A DNA stretch of 64,000 bases from Octopus bimaculoides (Eukaryota): contig NC_068982.1 in assembly GCF_001194135.2 (NCBI RefSeq), positions 10,069,977 through 10,133,976 of the forward strand, read 5' to 3'. Of this stretch, positions 1 through 11,599 are shown one piece after another. The notes below the pieces were generated by a model. It was not told where the DNA came from, did not search any database, and was given only the letters and a program-made list of their open reading frames with translations. The position numbers and the translations under genes are program-made. The first letter of the stretch is position 1; each line of letters begins with the position of its first letter.

Positions 1-1152
1 TATATATATATATAAATATATATATACATAAACACACACACACACACAGATATATGTATGTATATATATATATGAATGTATATAAGTATTTTATTAAGTC
101 TGTAAAGCTATATAAATGACCAGGGACTTCAAATTTTTCTGTATTGTATTTAGCAATCTTACCTGCTTAAGTGTGTGTTTATGTACCAGAGCATATATAC
201 TTACACACATACACACACAAATAATTTACATATATTTGTGTGTGTGTATGTGTGTATCTGCTTCTTTGTATATGTATCTGTCAGTCACTCTCCGTCTCAT
301 TCACTACCTTCATCTTTTCTTTTACCTTTCATTTCATTTTCGCTACACATAAATATATAAACACACACATACAAATACATCAATGTATAATTCTCAGTCT
401 ATGAATATGTACATATTTCATAACCACATATATCACTATCTATGTATGTAAACCTATATATATATACAAACACACACACACACATATATATATATATGTA
501 TGTATGTAAACCTATAGATACATACATTATATATGTATATATACACTATATATATATATATTTATATATTCGTATATATCTTTAGATGCATATATGTGTG
601 CATATTAAGTATATGCATCGTCTAATGTGTTCTTTTCTTTATCTGTTTTACTGTAAAGCAGGTTTTAAAGATCATCACAGTCATTGCACCTCAGCGTTTG
701 TTTATGCAGTATAATTGATGGAAACAAAAACATAAATTTAAAGTCAAATTTTTATGCTAATTTAAACCTACAGAAGAATATTGGGATTCAGGGAAGCTGC
801 AGTAAAAAAAAATAAAAATTAAAGAATAGCTCTCTGATAATATATATATGTATATATAAATATATATACTAGTTCACCAGGTAACACACCTGTTTGATCA
901 CACCTGATATGGCACATGGACAGTGAAATTTACTATCCTCACACCACACTTCTATGCATCACAAATATATGCAAATGCTGCAGCACACAAATTTACGACA
1001 TGGTGTGCATTGATCTACATTGCACAGAATTATACATACATTCATATATATATATTTACGTGTGTGTGTGTGTGTGTGTGTGTGTGTTAAGTATGCATTA
1101 TATAGATGTACGTATGCAACTACATATATATACATATATATATATATATATT

Positions 1153-1194
<42 letters not shown>

Positions 1195-1562
1195 TTATAT
1201 ATATATGTTTATTACGGTGGTACTGTTGTATTTCAATACTCTTATGACAGATATTAGTGCAACATATGCATACATAGATGTATGCGTGTGTGTGTGTGTA
1301 TATATATATATATGCATAAAGGTCTAAAATATGAAAAGAATGCACTGGCTTTTACACACTCACATACATACACGCACACACACATTTATACATATATATG
1401 TATGTATATTTTATCTTTTATATACATATGCATATTTTGATGCACATTTTTAGCACAAACTAGTGTTTATACATACATATACCTACATATATATATATAT
1501 TTACAGTAATATGCAATTTTGTTCAACAGTTCGTTTAACCAGTCATTTCACCTACATGCAAT

Positions 1563-1612
<50 letters not shown>

Positions 1613-1620
1613 CTCACAGA
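1..1620. repeat. Dense (TA)n/(TG)n/(CA)n microsatellite field
   Basis: Continuous dinucleotide and degenerate TATG/CATA repeats. They generate the [12 protein letters not shown] ORFs in the track. Confidence 0.95.
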
Positions 1621-3369
1621 TACGTTCATGCATTCTAACGCACATATGTTATGCATGTATATTTACAATTTTACACACCATTATACATTTACAGATATAT
1701 GCATGAGTAGAGATGTCATATAAAGAAGTCGACTTACCCTTTTACTACAAGTGACAGTAAACCACTAATGCAGCTGTAGAAAATGAGTGAATGGTAACAC
1801 TACTAAGCGAACGTGAAGTAGCAGCGATGATATTTCTTTAGAATGAGACAAAGTACAATTGACAGTAGCTGTAGTAGTCGTAGTTTGTTGTTGTCGTGGC
1901 AAAGATAGAGTTATGGAACCGTGTGCTACTACAGATCTCTGGACATTCCTCAATAACTCAGAAAAGGCATATTGATGTATGACGAGTCTACAAAGATATT
2001 GTCATCTATACGTATACATTTACATATACTTATGTATGTATATGTGCGTCATATGATTTTCATATGTGTACGTCTGTGTTGATATATATACATACACATA
2101 TATAAGTATATATATATATATGAATATATATATATATAAATTTATATATATATATGTATATATATATGTATATACATACAGTAGTAGCTTTATCTAGTTA
2201 CTGCTGTTGTTATGATAGCACCTTAAACGACAACAACGACCATCAGCTTGTGAAAACAAATCAAGCTTCAATTGCATTCAGTTTAGTTTCGTTACCATGT
2301 TTCCCTGCTGAACAAGGTGGTAGTAAACTATAGCACTGTTGCAACAAAAAGACTGTCAGACTGGATGAGGGGGAGGGAGAGAAGGAGAGAAGGTTAAGGG
2401 AGAGAGGACTAAAGAGAGAGGGGCAGTAGGAGAGTGTGAGAGAGAGAGAGACTATGTATGCGCACAAGAAGTGGATAGAGATAGACAGACAGGAAAAGTC
2501 AGGGAGAAAATTAATGAGAGATATAGATTGGTAGAGAGACAAAAGGAGCAGAGTGGTTTTGCCAGACAGACAGTCAGTCAGTCAGCACAGCATATATAGA
2601 TAGCAGTAGATATTGATCAGGCAAAGCATCACAGGCTCTGTTTCAAAACACATACTTCCTAGCTCTGTATGTTAGATAGAATATTACCAAACAGTATTCG
2701 CTAATACATTCTGCCGTCCAATTGTTCATTCATTCAATTTGTTGGTTGTACAACCAACAACAACAACGTTACAAGAATAATAGCAAAAATTCACAGCAGA
2801 AAGTAGAAAAAAAAATTAACAAAAAAAAATGGATTTGGTGATAGTTAATGAAATCTAAAAAAAAACAACAAGAATTATAAGAATATTTTATATTTCATTT
2901 ATATATGAAAGATAGTATTTAAATGAGAGGTGTGATTCTCTGCCGTTTCTAAATACCAAAAAGTGCGAAGAATGCAACAGAGGAATTCATTCTTCAAAAA
3001 CCATTGATTTTTTTGTTTTGTTTTGTCTTTTTTCTTCCACTTCTGCTTGAGAGAGGAAGGATTGGTAAAAAGAGTACTATGATGCTCATATTTCTGAATG
3101 TAATGGGTTAACAATTCATGTTAAATTCAAAATGGAGGCATTGAGTTCAAATTCTACCACAATATAATATGATATGATACATATACCGAAGAACAGAGAA
3201 AGATTACTATTATTGTGTTTATAAAATTATTTATGTATTTATGTCGTTTATTCATAATTGATTCCGAGTAATTTCTCAGTATGTTTACACTGAACACACA
3301 GACACATTCATGCATACATCTCGCTTCTATCCCCTACTCCTCTGTGTGTGTCTGTGTGTGCGTCTACAT

Positions 3370-3422
3370 ATAGATATATAAATATATGTATGTATATATA
3401 AATTATATCTATGTATATGTAC

Positions 3423-3468
<46 letters not shown>

Positions 3469-3705
3469 TGAGAAAATTGGTATTATATATATATAAACTA
3501 TATCTATGTATATATACATTATATATATATATATACATTATATATATATATATATATATGTATGTATATAAATATATATATGTATGTATATATATGAATA
3601 TATATATGTATGTATATATAAAAATATATATATGTATGTATATATATAAATATATATATATGTATATATATATAAAAATATATATATATGTATGTATATA
3701 TAAAG

Positions 3706-3738
<33 letters not shown>

Positions 3739-3960
3739 AATATATATATATATGTATGTATAAATATATGTATATATATATATATAAATATATAAATTCA
3801 TACGAGTGATACAACAAGGTACCGATATTTACTGGACAATAGCAATCGATATAAATACGACGCTATTGTATAGCTTCACTGCATATATACTGGCAAAAAT
3901 ATATATGTATGTATGTATGTATATATATAAATATATATATGTATGTCTGTGTATGTGTGT
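3370..3960. repeat. Degenerate (TA)n/(TATG)n microsatellite field
   Basis: About 600 bp almost entirely TA/TG repeats. Confidence 0.95.
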
Positions 3961-4249
3961 CTGTGTTTGTCCCCACCCAATATCGCTTGACAACCAATGG
4001 TGGTGTGTTTACGTCCCCGTAACTGAGCGGTTCGGCATAAGAGACCGATAGAATAAGTACTAGGCATCCAAAGAATAAGTCCTGGGGTCGATCTACTCGA
4101 CTAAAGGTGGTGCTCCAGCATGGCCACAGTCAAATGACTGAAACAAGTAAAAAAAAAAAAAAATATATATATATATTAAAAATTATATAGAGATATGAAT
4201 ATATCTATAAATATATATACATATCCAAGCCACAATGGAAAATGAATGT

Positions 4250-4385
4250 TAAATGACAATGGTGATGATGATGATGATGATGATGGTGGTGGTGATAATA
4301 ATCATAGTGATGATTATGATGATGGTGGTGATGATGGTGATGGTGGTGACGATGATGATGGTGGTGATGATGGTGGAAGTGATAT
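4250..4385. repeat. Degenerate (GAT/GGT)n trinucleotide repeat
   Basis: gatgatgat...ggtggtgatgat run. Confidence 0.9.
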
Positions 4386-4509
4386 AATGTCAGCCGTCCT
4401 GGTAATTGTTCAACAGTCTTTTTTCATCTCTTATAATATCTGATATAAATGTTTGGTGGAGTCAGAAACTAACAGGCCTCAATATAAATGGAACTGTTAA
4501 TTGCATTAT

Positions 4510-4550
<41 letters not shown>

Positions 4551-4744
4551 NNNNNNNNNNTATGTGTGTGTGTGTATATATAAACATATATACACATACA
4601 TAAATGTATACATAATTTGCAGCATATATATGTAAATACGGCGGTCTCTCCCGTCGTTAGACAATGTATAAAGGTTTGACAATTTTTTACCAAACAACCA
4701 AACAGATGATTTGTTTTTATAGTTTATAGTAATGAAATGTTTGT

Positions 4745-4950
4745 CTAGACATAAGCTCACTCTCTCTGTCAAATCAACATTACCTGTACAGGTGCAACTG
4801 GGTGCTACATGTCAGATGTCAAAATGATCACACAGTAACAGGATTCGAAGCACTTTGCTCAAGAACACAACACAATGCCTGGTCTGGGAATTGAACCCAT
4901 GATCTTGCAATTGTGAGTGCATCTCAGTAACCATTAGGCCATGCTCCTTC
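4745..4950 (-). mobile_element. tRNA-headed SINE, family F (same family as 16515-16720)
   Basis: The reverse complement matches 16515-16720: B-box gggttcaattcccagacc, ttcttgagcaaagtgctt, catctgacatgt, cctgtacaggtaatgt. Confidence 0.7.
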
Positions 4951-4980
4951 ACTTATATGTGTATATATATACATATATAT

Positions 4981-5195
4981 TCTTTTACTCTTTTATTCTT
5001 TTATTTGTTTCAGACATTTGATCGCAGCCATGCTGGAGCACAGCCTTCAGTCGAGCAAATTGACCCCAGGACTTATTCTTTGTAAGCCTAGTACTTGATC
5101 TATTGGTCTCTTTTTGTCGAACCGCTAAGTTACGGGGACGTACACACACCAACATCAGTTGTTAAGCGATGGTGGGGGGACAAACACAGACACAA

Positions 5196-5238
<43 letters not shown>

Positions 5239-5400
5239 CAACAGGCTTCTTTCAGTTTCCGTCTACCAAATCCTCTCACAAGGCTTTGGTTGGCCTGAGG
5301 CTATAATAGAAGACACTTGCCCAAGATGCCACAAAGTGGGACTGAACCCAGAACCATGTGGTTGGGAAGCAAGCCTCTTAGTACACAGCCACTCCTGCAC
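4981..5400 (-). mobile_element. tRNA-headed SINE, family A (full length)
   Basis: Reverse complement gives the head gagtggctgtgt...gggttcagtcccact, ccttgggcaagtgtcttct, a central TA/CA microsatellite and the tail gtcaatttgctcgact...gctccagcatggc. More than 15 homologous copies in the window. Confidence 0.9.
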
Positions 5401-5554
5401 CTTGAAAATACTGGTAAATATTTTCTGCTGAGTAATAATATTGTAAGTGGAAAGTGGAAAAATTTTTTGGTATTATTNNNNNNNNNNNNNNNNNNNNNNN
5501 NNNNNNNNNNNNNNNNNNNNNNNNNNNNNNNNNNNNNNNNNNNNNNNNNNNNNN

Positions 5555-5840
5555 TGCCAGTTACGCCAGACTGGCTCCCATGCAGGTAGCACGTAAAAAA
5601 CACCTTTTGAATGTGGTCGTTGCCAGAACCGCCTGACTGGCCCTCATGCCGGTGACATGTAAAAGCACCCACTTCACTCTTGGAGTGGTTGGTATTAGGA
5701 AGGGCATCCAGCTGTAGAAACTCTGCCAGATCAGATTGGAGCCTGGTGCAGCCTTCTGGCTTGCCAGTCCTCAGTCAAACTGTCCAACCCATGCCAGCAT
5801 GGAAAGTGGACGCTAATCGATGATGATGATGATGATGATT
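5555..5840 (+). mobile_element. RTE LINE 3' UTR fragment ending in (GAT)n
   Basis: tggttggtattaggaagggcatccagctgtagaaac...ccaacccatgccagcatggaaag...gatgatgat. The same 3' end follows RTE ORF2 at 51916-52620. Confidence 0.85.
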
Positions 5841-5909
5841 ACACACACACATGTATATGTAATCTTACCCTCTCTGTCTCTGCACACATGTGTGTAAGTG
5901 TAAAAGTAT

Positions 5910-6867
5910 GTACAACGAGAAGCCAAAAATTATCTGCACTTTTGCCATTGCTTTCTTTAGGTTGGATGCACTGCTTTCAGTGCTTACCAACTGACAGTTG
6001 TAAATGTAATTACATAACTCTTGTAGTCACATGACCAGGAACTGACCTTGGTCAGTCCAGTCTATTTTTGTTTTACAGAGTAAACATGGCCGTTCTACTG
6101 GTAGTGTCCACTATGGAAGAACACAGATCAGTGATCTGATTTCTCTGGTCTGAATGTGTGTCAGACTGAAATTTGTCGCAGGGTTTCTGTACAATATAGG
6201 GACATATAGAGGTGTGTATGAGTGTATTGAAAAATTTATATATGTCTGGATAAGAGGGGCAGACACCTGTCAACATGAAGATTCGACAAGCTGATGAGAT
6301 GGTTCTGGTGAAGCAACAAGTGATCATTGATGAAGTGGCATATTCTCTGAAAATTATTCATGGTTCTGCGTATGAAATCATCCATGACGAGGTTCACTTC
6401 TGTGAAGCCTGTGCAAGGTGGATGCCAAGAAGAGCTTACCAAAACATCTAAGTGCAATTGTGTCGAAGCCTGTCACTACGTATTCAACCGCAACAAGGGT
6501 GAAGGGGAAGTTTTCTCGGAGAATATAGTTACAGAGATGAAGTCTAGTTCATAACTTTAAGTCAGGATCCCAAAAGCGAAGTATGACATGAAAACACCCA
6601 GAATCACCAGTGAAAAAGAAATTCAAGACTCAACTTCCAGCAGAAAAAGCGATGCTAACTGTTTTTTGGGATGCAAGAGGGCCCATACAGGAACATTATC
6701 TGGAAAAAGGGGTCTACAGGCACCAGTGTAGGCTAAAGTGAAATGCTGACCAATGAACTAAAACTAGTAATTCACCTCAAATGCCAAGGTCTGTTATCAA
6801 AGTATTATTGTTGCACAATGATGCATGTGAACATATGGCTGCTCACACCATTGAAACCACTGAAAAT
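5910..6867 (+). mobile_element. Decayed mariner transposon, 5' part with transposase remnant
   Basis: ATG at 6086 (MAVLLVVSTMEEHRSVI*FLWSE). Frameshifted segments give HGSAYEIIHDEVHFCEACARWMP, IVT-DE, KHPESPVKKKFKTQLPAEKAMLTVFWDARG and VLLLHNDACEH. Truncated by a family D insertion. Confidence 0.85.
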
Positions 6868-7037
6868 TGTTACATTATTTACATTATTTACATTTGACGG
6901 ATATTTGTCTTCATCTTCTTTGTTGTTAACCACAATGTTTCAGCTGATATATCCTTCAGCCTTCATCAGGTGTCTTGGGGAAATTTCGAACCTGGGTTCT
7001 CATTCCTAAGGTATTTTTCGATTTTATTATTATTATG

Positions 7038-7094
<57 letters not shown>

Positions 7095-7113
7095 ATCACT
7101 GCCTGGAATTGAA
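6868..7113 (-). mobile_element. Family D SINE-like element with hammerhead-like motif (left member of inverted pair 1)
   Basis: Reverse complement: ttcaattccaggcagtgatctg(aat)n...aagacacCTGATGAaggctgaaggatatatcagctGAAAcattgtg...tcaaatgtaaataatgtaaataatgt. Confidence 0.85.
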
Positions 7114-7145
7114 ATATACCTTAGGAATGAGAACCNNNNNNNNNN

Positions 7146-7185
<40 letters not shown>

Positions 7186-7204
7186 ATCACTGCCTGGAAT
7201 TGAA

Positions 7205-7345
7205 ATATACCTTAGGAATGAGAACCCATGTTCGAAATTTCCCCAAAACACCTGATGAAGGCTGGAGGGTATATCAGCCGAAACGTTGTGTTAACAAACA
7301 AAATGAGGACAAATGTCAATCAAATGTAAATAATGTAAATAATGT
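7205..7345 (+). mobile_element. Family D element body (right member of inverted pair 1)
   Basis: ataccttaggaatgagaaccc...cctgatgaaggctggagggtatatcagccgaaacgttgtgtt...aatgtaaataatgt. Inverted relative to 6868-7015. Confidence 0.85.
7247..7292 (+). ncRNA. Minimal type I hammerhead-ribozyme motif (best-preserved copy)
   Basis: AACAC(7247-51) / CTGATGA(7252-58) / extra A / GGCTG-10 nt loop-CAGCC / GAAA(7280-83) / C-GT-T / GTGTT(7288-92). Stem I and stem II are 5 bp perfect; stem III is the palindromic ACGT. Activity untested. Confidence 0.6.
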
Positions 7346-7544
7346 CTTAGATTTGTCCAGGATTTTTCGTTTGTTATTATTCAAACTTGGTTTAAATGTA
7401 GGAAACAGGGTAATAGAGAAAAATAGACGATTACTAAATAATGTAAAAAGGACCCATGTCAGTGCCACATAACAGTGGGACAGAACCCAGTACGATTTGG
7501 CTGGTAAGCTAACTACTTACCGCACAGCCATGCCTGTGCTTATA

Positions 7545-7767
7545 TTCTTTTATTTGTTTCAGTCATTTGAACATGGCCATGCTGGAGCACCGCCTTTAGT
7601 CGAACAAATTGACCCCAGGACTTATTCTTTGTAAGCCTAGTACTTATTTTATCGGTCTCTTTCACTGAACCACTAAGTTACGGGGACATAAACACACCAG
7701 CATTGGTTGTCAAACGATGGTGTGGGGACAAACACAGACACACAAACATACACACACACACACACAT

Positions 7768-7835
<68 letters not shown>

Positions 7836-7997
7836 GACAGGCTTCTTTCAGTTTCCATCTACTAAATCCACTCACAAAGCTTAGGTCGGCCCGAGGCTAT
7901 AGTAGAAAACACTTGCCCAAGGTGCCATGCAGTGGGACTGAACCCGGAACCCTGTGGTTCGTAAGCAAGCTACTTACCAAACAGCCATGCCTGCGCC
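7545..7997 (-). mobile_element. Family A SINE (full length)
   Basis: Same modules as 4981-5400. Confidence 0.9.
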
Positions 7998-8261
7998 TAT
8001 GTATAATTTAATGACTGTCTCCTTGCTTTTCCATATAATTCTTCCAATAAGTCTTGCATATTCTATTGGAGAAGAAGCTTTCCAGCTGGTTGTACGATCA
8101 TTTATGCCTTGCTTCTTGTGCTTTTTTGACCATAGCAAATCGACATCATTGTAACAGATGTCTGAGCCAATGAAAGAGGATGATAGTCAGAAGGGTCAAG
8201 ATCTGGTCTATATGCAGAGTGTTCAAATAACTGAAAACCCAATTTTCAGTGGTTTCAATGG

Positions 8262-8540
8262 TGTGGGCAGCCATTTGTGCAGGTGCCATGTAAAAAACAC
8301 AGATGCTTGTGCTATGTAAATGGTACTCATGCCAGTGCTATGTAAAAAGCAATGGAGCCGGTGACATGTAAAAAGCTCCCAGCACACTCTGTAAAGTGGT
8401 TGGCATTTGGAAGGGCATCCAGCTGTAGAAACCATGCCAAAATAGATAACTGGAGGCTGGTGTAGCTTTGTGGCTTGTTAGCTCCTGTGAAACCACCCAA
8501 CCCATGCCAGCATGGAAAACAGACATTAAAGGATGATGGC
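8262..8540 (+). mobile_element. RTE LINE 3' UTR fragment
   Basis: gtgccatgtaaaaaacac repeats, ggaagggcatccagctgtagaaacc, ccaacccatgccagcatggaaaacagacattaa. Confidence 0.8.
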
Positions 8541-8544
8541 AATT

Positions 8545-8755
8545 CTTTCTACTATAGACAAAAGGCCTGAAATTTGAGGAAAGGGGATGAGGTGATTACA
8601 TCAACCCTAGTGCGTAACCGGTACTTAATTTCTCAACCCTGAAAGAATGAAAAGCAAAGTCGACTCCAGCAGCATTTGAACTCAGAACGTGATGACAGGC
8701 GAAATACCACTAAGCGTTTCGCCTGGCACACTAATGATTCTGCCAGTTCACCGCA
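8545..8755 (-). mobile_element. Family B tRNA-headed SINE
   Basis: Reverse complement contains gagttcaaat (B box), gtcgactttgcttttcattctttcagggttgagaaattaagtacc. Confidence 0.8.
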
Positions 8756-9018
8756 TTTTTGATGATGACAATGATGGTTAGTGTAATGCTCCAATTACAA
8801 AAGCAATGAGAAAAGATATAATAATGGGATAGAATCATTTCAGAAAGCACAGTAACACAGTTTGCTATGAAACTATTATCCTTATCATTAATATAGGAAA
8901 TGTTCAACCAATACATATCACCAGCAATTGTACACAGGAGTGGAAGATGGAACGTGAACCAGAAGATGAAAAAGAGAATCGCAACAATACAATATGCTGT
9001 GAAAAGTAAAATACAGAA

Positions 9019-9250
9019 TTAACTCTTTTGATACTAACCTGCTTGATACTGTTGCTGCTGCTTTTTCTCATACAAAACAGGCTATTTTGAAGTGTTTATA
9101 TTTATGCTTAAGCCTGTTCTCATAATTTTATCAAAGAACATTTTTATTAAGTTATGTTCCAAGCAACAGTTTAATAATGAAGTTAGTTTTTTTACTGTAT
9201 CATTTTATGGACAGTGAATTTCATCATAAATACAGTGACGAAAGGGTTAA
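9019..9250. mobile_element. piggyBac-type MITE (TTAA flanks, CTCTTTTG...AAAGGG ends), divergent interior
   Basis: TTAA at 9019-22 and 9247-50. The left end tactaacctgcttga resembles the 10171-10858 copies. Confidence 0.55.
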
Positions 9251-9659
9251 GTGTGTAGAGATATGAAGGAAAAAGCAAGGTTTGAGATTATGGTTGATGA
9301 AATAGCAAAAATAAAGTGGAGGAGATGAAGACAGGTAATTTAGGCAGAAGAGAGGACAATAGATGGATGAAAAGAACCATGGGATGGATTTAATGGGAGG
9401 AATTGAGGAGTGGCAGCCAGAAAATGAGTTTGGGGGATAACATCGAAGAATACATGAGGCCAATGAGGGGAGGAACAGGACTAGTTTGGAGCAAAGTAGC
9501 AACGGACAGGAAGAAGTGGAAGAATGATGTGACCAACAGAGGATTGCTTATATCTTAAGAATAAAGACAGCACACACACACACACACACACACACTATTT
9601 GTGCCAAAATTTGAAACAAATATTGTTATCAAGATTACGCCATCAATGTAAAACGCTTA

Positions 9660-9940
9660 CTTTAATATTTCTTATTTAACATTGTGTTTGTCATGAATTG
9701 TAAAAGTACTTTTGCTTGATAAATCTTAGGAATACTCTTATTTTTAAGATCATTTTCCACAGTCAGTTCAAAAGAATATCTCCCAAACTGTCTTTCTAAG
9801 AAAGTTAGGTCAAACTATTTTTGTCAAACTATGCAATTTTTTGAGTGAATACAAAGAGTCTGTGTGTGAAATTGCTTTTAATGTTTTCATAAATTTACTT
9901 GTTACCAGCTGAAAAGCCCATCATTTATGGGAAATTTTTA
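9660..9940 (-). pseudogene. Highly decayed Ty3/Gypsy pol fossil (RNase H end to integrase zinc-binding start)
   Basis: Minus-strand translation: *WAFQLV...HTDSLYSL (compare RWALxL...HADALSRL), then YSFELTVEND..SIPKIYQAKVL and, after a frameshift, HDKH. Confidence 0.45.
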
Positions 9941-10170
9941 CAATAGAATACTTTATTTCAATTTATCTTTTGTTCCAGGTCATGCCATGTCTTCCTTGAA
10001 AGATAAGCCTCTTGATCAAGAATGGATTTCTCCATTATTTGGAGCAATTTAAAATGTTTTGATAAACAAAGCTTTTTGCTTTTCCATTTGGTGCATAGAT
10101 TTAAAGATTTTCCTTACCCCCTACTCTTGAACACCCAACATAAAGCTGACCATTGGTGAAGCATGGTTCT

Positions 10171-10858
10171 TTAACCATTTTGTTACTAACCCAGCTGAAA
10201 CTGCCTCTGTAATACAATTGTCTTGTTTTCATAAGTTTTGAATTAAAATCTTCCACCAAACCTTAGTCACAATTTACGTTCTTAACACTAGTTTAATAAT
10301 AACTAAGTTATTTTAATAAATTCTTTGTTATATTTAAAATTAATTGAAAGAAACACAGAGCATCTCAACAGAAATATGGTACCAAAAGGGTTAACAAGTG
10401 ATTAATTTAACCCTTTTGATACCAACCCAGCTGAAACCAGCTCTGGCTCTGTAGTACAAATGTCTTGTTTTCATAAGTTCTAAATTAAAATCTTCCACCA
10501 AACCTTAGTCACAATTAATGTTCCTAACACTAGCTGAATGATAACTAAGTTATTTTACTAAATTCTTTGTTATATTTAAAGTAATTGAAAGAAACACAGA
10601 GCATCTCAACAGAAATATGTAATGAAAGGGTTAAAATGTATAATAGAGATACAATTCTTAACCCCTTTGATACCAATCTGCCTGAAACTGGTCCTGGCTC
10701 TGTAGTACAAATGTCTTATTTTCATATGTTTTGAATTAAAATCTTCCACAATTTACATTCCTATCACTAGCTTAATGATAATTAAGTTATTTTACTAAAT
10801 TCTTTGTTATATTTAAAGTAATTGAAAGACACACAGAGTGTCTCAACAAAAGGGTTAA
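10171..10858 (+). mobile_element. Three adjacent ~200-228 bp piggyBac-type MITEs
   Basis: Copies 10171-10394, 10407-10634 and 10658-10858. Each is bounded by TTAA with CC(C/A)T...AAAGGG termini and has a homologous interior (aaatgtcttgttttcata...ttaaaatcttccac...gaaagaaacacagagcatctcaac). Confidence 0.85.
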
Positions 10859-11249
10859 GGTGTAAACTAGCAATCAAAAATGTTTGCCTTTGTGATTTGT
10901 TGATGGTCGTGGAAAAACTAAGGCTTGCTGGAAATTGAAGTTGTTTGAAATGAAATGAGACATCGTCTCCTGAGTCTGTGCAATGGAACCTTTTGTGTGC
11001 ATTTCATTTAAACAAATGCATCCTAAGCTCAGGTCACCTCAAAGAACAAGAATTCATATCAGCATCGGATCAAAGAACTGGTAGAAATGTGGCTTCGGAT
11101 GACGCAACACAATGGCTTCTACTTTGAATGCTAGGCTGCTTTTGTTGGAACTTGACAGATAAAATAAATTAAGTTACCAGAATATAGTAAAATCTTTGAC
11201 TCAGTACAATATAAACATATACACGCTCAGCATACAAGATATATATACA

Positions 11250-11295
<46 letters not shown>

Positions 11296-11599
11296 TGAAT
11301 ATATACAGAGAGGGAGAAATTTTGCATTGAGAAAGCATAAAAGGCAGAGAGAGAGAGAGGTAGACAGGCAGACAGTTATAGGATGCAATAAAAATACAGT
11401 CAGGTAATCATGAGTTGAATGTTGTTGATCTGGAATTGTGTTGTTTCTCGTTACAAAATATATTTTTTGAGTACTAATAATCTAAATCCTTTCCCTTGGG
11501 ATGCAGATTTGGAAAATCAAATTTAGTTTTCTCTAGGACGTACAGTTTCAAAGACTTTTAATGGCATACACGAATACATACACAAATACACACTTGCTT

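Noticed and set aside
116-4067. [12 protein letters not shown]-rich ORFs (and similar ones at 13555, 48668-49228 and elsewhere)
   Set aside because: These are translations of dinucleotide microsatellites, which are stop-free by construction.
7060-7230. Tandem duplication around the 10-N gap (likewise 53828-54172)
   Set aside because: Near-identical sequence on both sides of a minimal gap is typical of unmerged overlapping contigs.
9979-10052. Candidate terminal exon after ttttgttccag (HAMSSLKDKPLDQEWISPLFGAI*)
   Set aside because: It is short and unrecognised, and abuts a Gypsy fossil on the opposite strand.
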